DNA of 64,000 nucleotides from Verrucomicrobiia bacterium (GTDB lineage Bacteria; Verrucomicrobiota; Verrucomicrobiia; Limisphaerales; UBA11358): NCBI GenBank assembly GCA_036269115.1, contig DATAST010000081.1, positions 13,949 to 77,948 of the forward strand, read 5' to 3'. Shown piece by piece: positions 58,152 to 64,000 of this stretch (position 1 is its first letter; each line of letters starts with the position of its first letter). The notes under the pieces were generated by a model. It saw only the letters and a program-made list of their open reading frames with translations, ran no database searches and was not told where the DNA came from. The position numbers and the translations under genes were made by a program.

Positions 58152-60160
58152 TATTTTCCTCCAATTCCCCAATATTTCGCAATCGCACTCAAATCCACGC
58201 CCGTCTCAAATGTCCGTAGCCCATTACGATTCGGCGTTCCATCCGGTGCATAGGCTTCATGATACGTTCCCCAGCATCCGGCTGTTGGGCCATTAACCAA
58301 AGAGTTATAAACCGCGTCTTTCTCCGGATCATCCACAGCCACAAGGCCCCACAGCAAATAACCCAAATCATGGCCGAGCGATTTGCCGCCGGCAATTCCG
58401 GTCACCGGCAGCAACGGTATTGAGGGATTGAAGAACCGTTTCATCGCTTCCACGTCGCACCTGGCGTGGTCGGGATATTTCAGCGGCGTTCCATAATAGA
58501 CAGGATACAACGTAAAATTAAGCAGCCGCCCGGATGGCCATGCGCCGTTGCTCTTCACCCGAAACCAATCGTGGAAACCTTGCGGACAATTCGGAACATT
58601 TGTCCGCCAAAAATCCCTTTCCAATGCATTCTGCAAATGCCTTTGGGCGTCATAAAGGTCCAGCGTCTCTTTATTCAGATGATTCAAATAATGCGCCGGA
58701 TCTTTTCCCTGCGCTTTCAAATACTGAATGTAAAAGTCCAACGACGCGGAGCACAGCGCCACCGACGTCATCGACCAATATTCTTCCAGTTTGCGATTAA
58801 ATCCCTCGTCCTTTAACCCGGCAACATCCGATGCGCCGCATAACTCGGTTTCGTCGCCACTGAATTCGAGCCGATAATTATTGGTCATCGCATATTTCAA
58901 CTGCGCGTCCATGGAATAGCTGAGCGAAGTGTTAACGTTCGTCAGTGTCTGTAGATCGTGCGTGCCGTTGTAATAATCCCTGGCCGCGAGAATATAGAGG
59001 GCCGTGACTTCCGCGACCGCATTGGCTTCCGGACAGGAATGGCCATTGTTCCCATTTGGGTGGGCGTACGTCAGGCTTCCGCCCGGCCCGGCGTTGGGAA
59101 TCAGGCCATGTGCGGTGTATTGCCTGTCGAGCCATTGGATGAACCGTTTGGACTCCTCAAAATGGCCAAAGGCCGTCAGTCCGCGCAGACCGCAATAACC
59201 ATCGCGCACATAGGACATGTCCCAACCCCGCTCGTTGGCCACAATTCCGCCTTCGCGGCATTCATTCATCTTGAGCGTGGCCAGGCCTCCCTCCACGAGG
59301 TCTCGCACGCGTTGGTCTTTGATCCGGTCCAGCGAATACTGCGGTGCGACGTCATTAAACCAACTCTGCCACCATTTGATCCATTTTGTGAGATCACGTG
59401 AAGGGTGTTGCGGTAGATGTTTTTCCAGCCAGCCTACGCCTCCATAATTCGTATAGTCCATGTAATGATACAACACGGAATCGGAGGACTTGCCGGCGGC
59501 GATGGTTTCAGGCGCAGTGGTAAAAACGTAAACATCATTCGTCCGTGTTACCGTGTTTACAACTTTGTCGAAGAAGATGGTGGTATATCGGTCCGCCCAG
59601 TTTGTGCAAAAGTGACCTTCCACGCATTTGAGCGACGTATCCAATTTTAATTGGATCCAATGTACTTGATTGTTGATGAATCCCGAAACTTCATGGCTCC
59701 GCCCCGGACCATTGACCGGCTCAATATAGGCGCGGACACTCACGATATGTTTATTGCGCCCGGACAGGTTTTCGACATGAACCATCCGCGCCACACACGG
59801 TTCGCCCATCAAGGCATAGTCAACCAACGTCACCTTCAGGTCGCCGTTGGTGCAAATCCCGTAAAATACTCCTGTCTTGCGCGCGCGATGCACGTTCATC
59901 GTTAATGCTTGTACCGACCCGTCCACGATCAGGCGGATCTCCTCACGTTGCAGATAATTCGGGCAGGTGTAATCCGGTCCCACCAAAAAATTCCACGTGC
60001 CGTCACCCGAACCGCCTGCGCCGGCATAGCCGTTGCCCATAAAGAAATCTTCGCGGATATTCAGATATGGGACCTGCGGTGGCAGGGGAATTGGGGCAGC
60101 CTTGGCAAAGGCCGGCATCACTGCAAGGGCGATAATTAAGCCAATCGGACGCAAGTACAT
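58151..60160 (-). CDS. secreted protein, putative (alpha/alpha)6-barrel glycoside hydrolase-like
   Basis: 669 aa with signal peptide MYLRPIGLIIALAVMPAFAKA. An N-terminal beta domain is followed by a helical repeat region (GWDMSYVRDGYCGLRGL ...). The family is not identified. Confidence 0.6.
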   Translation of the reverse strand: MYLRPIGLIIALAVMPAFAKAAPIPLPPQVPYLNIREDFFMGNGYAGAGGSGDGTWNFLVGPDYTCPNYLQREEIRLIVDGSVQALTMNVHRARKTGVFYGICTNGDLKVTLVDYALMGEPCVARMVHVENLSGRNKHIVSVRAYIEPVNGPGRSHEVSGFINNQVHWIQLKLDTSLKCVEGHFCTNWADRYTTIFFDKVVNTVTRTNDVYVFTTAPETIAAGKSSDSVLYHYMDYTNYGGVGWLEKHLPQHPSRDLTKWIKWWQSWFNDVAPQYSLDRIKDQRVRDLVEGGLATLKMNECREGGIVANERGWDMSYVRDGYCGLRGLTAFGHFEESKRFIQWLDRQYTAHGLIPNAGPGGSLTYAHPNGNNGHSCPEANAVAEVTALYILAARDYYNGTHDLQTLTNVNTSLSYSMDAQLKYAMTNNYRLEFSGDETELCGASDVAGLKDEGFNRKLEEYWSMTSVALCSASLDFYIQYLKAQGKDPAHYLNHLNKETLDLYDAQRHLQNALERDFWRTNVPNCPQGFHDWFRVKSNGAWPSGRLLNFTLYPVYYGTPLKYPDHARCDVEAMKRFFNPSIPLLPVTGIAGGKSLGHDLGYLLWGLVAVDDPEKDAVYNSLVNGPTAGCWGTYHEAYAPDGTPNRNGLRTFETGVDLSAIAKYWGIGGK

Positions 60161-60221
60161 CCGTGTTGTCTAAAGGAAAAAGGAAAAGGGAAAAAGGAAA
60201 AAGGTGAAATGGAATCCGTCC

Positions 60222-60587
60222 CTATTCCGAAAACGCCAGGTACGGAACGAAGAATATATTTATCAGGGGAATAAACAGCAAGAGGACCAGCCAGCCGGTT
60301 TTCCCGCGCGCCTGGCAGATTTTTACCCACATATAAATGCCAGCAAAGAAATTTACACCGGGGACGAGGAGCAGGATGAAAAACCACTCCGATAATCCTG
60401 CGGCCTGCAGCAGACGAATAGCGCTGAAAATCGGGACCCAAATGAGAAAGCCTGGTTCCAAGCCGATTTTCTCGACGATGCGCTTGAGGCAATAACAGAA
60501 AAAGAAATAAAGTGCCGGCAATAGCCCAAGAACGATCGCATCCTGCGCCAGCTGCCATCCATGAATTGTATGTATTTGTGTCGCCAT
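60222..60587 (-). CDS. small polytopic membrane protein (DUF5684-like)
   Basis: 121 aa with 3-4 TM helices and GWLVLLLFIPLINIFFVPYLAF, typical of small 'GWW/FIP' membrane proteins. Confidence 0.6.
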   Translation of the reverse strand: MATQIHTIHGWQLAQDAIVLGLLPALYFFFCYCLKRIVEKIGLEPGFLIWVPIFSAIRLLQAAGLSEWFFILLLVPGVNFFAGIYMWVKICQARGKTGWLVLLLFIPLINIFFVPYLAFSE

Positions 60588-60753
60588 AGTGATTCCTTCA
60601 CTGATTCAAATATTCGCCATATCATATGACTAAAAATCACATGAAGCGCGTTATGCCTGTTTGAGCATTAGCTATGCCAATACATACCGTTAAAGGCACA
60701 ATTTGCGAGCGCTCTATTGACGAGGCATCCTCAAATTGTCAACGTTTTGCAGA

Positions 60754-62343
60754 ATGCGTTCCATTTGGAAGATTGGATTACTACTCGCCCTTTTGTTTCC
60801 CGGGGCGAGGATATTTGCCGCGGGGACAAGCAATTTGGCCTTGGTCCCATTGCAGCAGCACATCCAGCAAATGGACGGCTCGTTTACGCTCACACCACAA
60901 ACCCGCATTTGCGCTGACCGGGCATCGCGGCAAACCGCGGCATTTTTCGCCGAACGCCTGCGCCAATCCACCGGCGATCCGCTGAAGGCTCATCGGCAAT
61001 TTTCGTCTGCGCCGGCGCAAAACTCGATTCTCTTCACAACTAAAGACGCCAACACAAACGTGGGCAGTGAAGGCTACGAACTTGAAGTGACCACGAATGC
61101 TATCGTCATTCGTGCGCCGGCACAGGCAGGATTGTTTTACGGCGGGCAAACGTTGATGCAATTGGTTCTCCATGAACCGGGTGCCTGGCAGGCGCCGTGC
61201 GTAAAAATAACGGATTGGCCGCGCTTTCCCTGGCGCGGATTCATGCTGGACGTGAGTCGCCACTTCTTCAACAAATCGGAAGTGGAAACGATTTTGGATG
61301 AAATGGCGCAATACAAATTGAACCGTTTCCACTGGCACCTGGTGGATGACCAGGGCTGGCGCATCGAAGTCAAAAAGTATCCGCGCCTCACGGAAATTGG
61401 CGCATGGCGCAGGCACGACCAAATCGAACCATCCGAGACCAATGCGCCGTCAGCGGACAAATTTGGCCCGGACGGACGCTACGGCGGATTTTACACTCAA
61501 CATGATATTCGCGAAATCGTCGCATATGCCGCGGTCCGGCACATAATGGTCGTGCCCGAAATCGAAATGCCCGGCCATTCCGAGGCGGCGCTGACGGCGT
61601 ATCCGCAATTCAGTTGTTTCGGCGGGCCATACACCACGGACGCCAACCTTTCCATCCATGATAGCATTTATGATCCATCAAACGCAGGTACGTTTGCATT
61701 TCTCCAGAATGTGCTGACAGAAGTATTCAAGCTGTTCCCCGCGCCGTATGTTCACATCGGCGGCGATGAAGTGCGAAAGGATTATTGGGACCGGAGCGCC
61801 GCCTGCCTGGCGCTGATGAAACGCGAGGGATTTGCGAACGAGGATGAGCTTCAAAGTTATTTCATCAAACGGATGGAAAAATTTGTGGATGCGCACGGCA
61901 AAATCCTGGTTGGCTGGAGCGAGATATTGAAAGGCGGCCTGGCCACAAACGCCGTGGTCATGGATTGGATTGGCGGCGGCAAACAAGCCGCCGAGAGCGG
62001 CCATGACGCGGTGATGACGCCGATCGATTACTGTTACCTCGACCACTATCACAAACCCGGCGCGCCGGACATTTATACGCCAATGCAAAAAGTTTATTCA
62101 TTCGACCCGGTCCCGGCGGATTTGCCAGCGCCTCTCCAATCGCACATCCTGGGCACGGAAGGCGTTTTGTGGACGGAATACATCGCCTCATTCCCGCAGG
62201 CGCAGCGCGTCGTTTTCCCGCGCGAATGCGCCATCGCGGAAATTGCGTGGTCCGCCAAGGAGGAACGGAACTGGGCAGATTTTCAACGGCGGATCGGACA
62301 GATCCGTCAGATCAGTCCGATCACAGAAGACTTGCGAAAATAA
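60754..62343 (+). CDS. beta-N-acetylhexosaminidase, glycoside hydrolase family 20
   Basis: Signal peptide, then RFPWRGFMLDVSRHF, NRFHWHLVDDQGWR, VPEIEMPGH and HIGGDEV (catalytic D-E pair). Confidence 0.9.
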   Translation: MRSIWKIGLLLALLFPGARIFAAGTSNLALVPLQQHIQQMDGSFTLTPQTRICADRASRQTAAFFAERLRQSTGDPLKAHRQFSSAPAQNSILFTTKDANTNVGSEGYELEVTTNAIVIRAPAQAGLFYGGQTLMQLVLHEPGAWQAPCVKITDWPRFPWRGFMLDVSRHFFNKSEVETILDEMAQYKLNRFHWHLVDDQGWRIEVKKYPRLTEIGAWRRHDQIEPSETNAPSADKFGPDGRYGGFYTQHDIREIVAYAAVRHIMVVPEIEMPGHSEAALTAYPQFSCFGGPYTTDANLSIHDSIYDPSNAGTFAFLQNVLTEVFKLFPAPYVHIGGDEVRKDYWDRSAACLALMKREGFANEDELQSYFIKRMEKFVDAHGKILVGWSEILKGGLATNAVVMDWIGGGKQAAESGHDAVMTPIDYCYLDHYHKPGAPDIYTPMQKVYSFDPVPADLPAPLQSHILGTEGVLWTEYIASFPQAQRVVFPRECAIAEIAWSAKEERNWADFQRRIGQIRQISPITEDLRK

Positions 62344-62385
62344 AAAAACCGGGCCAGTCAATCAGGGGGTGATCAAAAGGCCCGG
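62342..62385 (-). terminator. hairpin followed by a T-run on the minus strand
   Basis: Minus strand: CCGGGCC - 23 nt - GGCCCGG - TTTTTTT. The run of A on the plus strand (62342-62348) overlaps the GH20 stop codon. This orientation would terminate a leftward transcript coming from the dnaA-upstream region. Confidence 0.35.
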
Positions 62386-63361
62386 GGAATTGTTGATACG
62401 CACATTTGCAGAGTTACGGAGACTTTCAGTTCCTGCCTGTGCCAAGCACGAACCAAAATTTTTAAAATTCCAAAGATCAATGTGCAATCCAGTAACCCTT
62501 GCACGTGATCAATAAATCATAATGACTTATTGTTGTCAACGACTTTTTATAAAGTATAAGAATGACTGATTAATGTTCAGTTTTCCTATAAGCCCCCGGT
62601 CCGGTCGAAAAATGCTGCAGCGACTGTAACCTTCACCGGGAGACCTTGATGCTTCGACATCACATGCGCCGGATCGTTCAACCGTCGTGCCCGCCGAAGT
62701 TGCTCGGTGCATATATCGCAATCGAAACGATTGCCGCATCCTTCGCCATCTCTACTGCCAATGCCGCAGACCGTGTGCCGATACGGCGTCACAATTGCTG
62801 CGGCGCGAAGCGAAAGGCGGTCTAAATATTAAACACAAGGTTTATGACATTCAGGAAACGGTGAAGGAACAAAGAGGAAACAAGGCGGTTTGCATGGCTG
62901 CAACCAAAGTTTGGAAATTCGTCCATTAATTTTCGCTTTACAGAACCGTTCCGGGCGCCGAAATTTGCATCAAAAAAAGGGCCTCAGCCGGTGTTCCAAA
63001 TTCTGGAATTTGTCACGAATTTAGACGGTGAATAACTTGGGAATAAGAGCTAACAGTTTGTCCTAGAAATGTCCGGGGCTTTGCGATAAAACAGATGCGC
63101 AATCGCACGAAGGTTTGGATGATCTGAAAGTGAGCGAATTACCGAGATCAGTCACTCTAAAAGCTCACTTTGTAAGTTGTTGATTTACAGTATTTTACGC
63201 AGTAAGCTTTGAAGATTCAAACCCGTTGCGCTTTGACAATTCACAGTTGTGGTCAGGGCCCGCATTCAGACCGAATTAAATGATTGCGGAGGAACATTAA
63301 AAATATCAACTTGGTGGGCGGAGTGAATAAATCGCCCTTTAAATCGAGATTTTTGACAGAG

Positions 63362-64000
63362 ATGCAACTTACGGCGGACAAAATTTTGGGCATTGCGCAG
63401 GAACAACTTCGTTCCAAGCTCAGGCAGGACACTTACAACATGTGGTTTGCGCCGTTGCAGGCCGCCGAAATGGATGCTGGTTCCGTCACTTTGGCAGTGG
63501 CCAACGAATTCTGCGAAGTTTGGCTGAAGGAAAACTACATGGAATTGTTGCAGGACGCCCTGGCCGTGGCGGCGGGCCGGCGCTTGCTGATCAAATTTAA
63601 AGTCAACGGACACTTGCCCGCGCAGCCCGCCCCGGCGCCAGCGCCGACGCGCGCCACCAAACATTCCGAACCGGCATCCGAACGCGCTGCCAGTCACGGC
63701 GACCTCCATTTCAATCCTAAAAATACTTTTGACACATTTGTCGTAGGCACGAACAACAATTTTGCGTGCGCCGCCGCCAAAGCCGTGGCAGAAGCTCCCG
63801 GCAAGTCCTATAACCCGCTGTTTTTGTATGGCGGCGTCGGCCTGGGCAAAACGCACCTTCTCCATGCCATTGGCCAGCACGTCGGTGACAATAAAAAAGG
63901 CGCTCGAGTGGCCTATCTTTCATCGGAAAAATTCACTAACGAATACATCGACAGCCTCCAAAACAATAAGCTGGTCAGTTTCCGCAAGAAATACCGCCAA
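63362..64000 (+). CDS. dnaA: chromosomal replication initiator protein DnaA (5' partial, runs off the window)
   Basis: The translation from ATG 63362 is MQLTADKILGIAQEQLRSKLRQDTYNMWFAPLQ... It continues with NPKNTFDTFVVGTNNNFA and the Walker A motif LFLYGGVGLGKTHLLHAIG. It is absent from the ORF track because there is no stop within the window. Confidence 0.9.
   Translation, partial: MQLTADKILGIAQEQLRSKLRQDTYNMWFAPLQAAEMDAGSVTLAVANEFCEVWLKENYMELLQDALAVAAGRRLLIKFKVNGHLPAQPAPAPAPTRATKHSEPASERAASHGDLHFNPKNTFDTFVVGTNNNFACAAAKAVAEAPGKSYNPLFLYGGVGLGKTHLLHAIGQHVGDNKKGARVAYLSSEKFTNEYIDSLQNNKLVSFRKKYRQ

Noticed and set aside
60136-60558. 140-aa minus-strand ORF overlapping 60222..60587
   Set aside because: The alternative frame (60222..60587) encodes a coherent 3-4 TM membrane protein. 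This frame gives an Arg/Pro-rich product and overlaps the upstream gene end.
62586-62830. Possible RNase P RNA, tmRNA, SRP RNA or rpmH (L34) in the GC-rich island
   Set aside because: I checked by eye for GGAAAGUCCGGGC / ACAGAACCCGGCUUA (RNase P) and for a GGGG...UUCGAC 5' end plus a T-arm/ACCA 3' end with an ANDENYALAA-like tag (tmRNA). I also checked for the GGAA/AGCAGC SRP domain IV. Only weak partial resemblances were found. The small ORF starts MRRIVQPS like L34 (MKRTxQPS) but lacks the invariant THGFRxRM core. A covariance-model scan is still needed.
63266-63880. 204-aa minus-strand ORF in the track
   Set aside because: It is entirely antisense to the clearly recognisable dnaA reading frame (Walker A GGVGLGKTHLL on the plus strand). 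Its product is Arg/Gly/Phe-rich with no motifs.

Overview
This is a 64-kb chromosomal window from a moderately GC-rich Gram-negative bacterium. By gene content it is most likely a member of the PVC superphylum (Verrucomicrobiota/Planctomycetota-like). The indicators are an H-X9-DG prepilin-type protein, a giant Ig/LamG repeat protein, and a recurring C-terminal module on secreted proteins. I call about 52 protein-coding genes. I could not find any rRNA, tRNA, CRISPR array, transposase or integrase by eye. Housekeeping genes include tkt, msrB, a class I DAHP synthase, tadA, hisF, deoC, pyrR-pyrB, rpsO-pnp and the 5' part of dnaA at the right edge. The accessory content is more interesting. (1) A minus-strand operon runs methyltransferase -> HK-REC-HK hybrid -> REC-HK (9102-14703). 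It mirrors the Ralstonia phcBSR quorum-sensing logic and sits divergent to a FadL-family outer-membrane channel. (2) A 1621-aa Ig/LamG surface protein contains a near-identical 1227-nt in-frame tandem duplication. (3) A beta-glucan (GH16 x2) locus (29200-37502) carries a CBM/Ig surface protein, an embedded pseudopilin-like gene and a NarL-type two-component system. (4) A polyprenyl-phosphate-type glycosylation cluster faces a GT-C/TPR membrane protein. (5) A SorAB-like sulfite dehydrogenase pair is present. (6) An ECF sigma gene is translationally coupled to an anti-sigma-like membrane domain fused in frame to a beta-lactamase-family serine hydrolase. (7) A deoC / aldehyde dehydrogenase / truncated ALDH cluster is present. 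(8) There are several intergenic repeat and palindrome families, plus a 1-kb non-coding stretch upstream of dnaA that holds an unexplained GC-rich island. All family assignments rest on motifs read from the translations. No database search was run.
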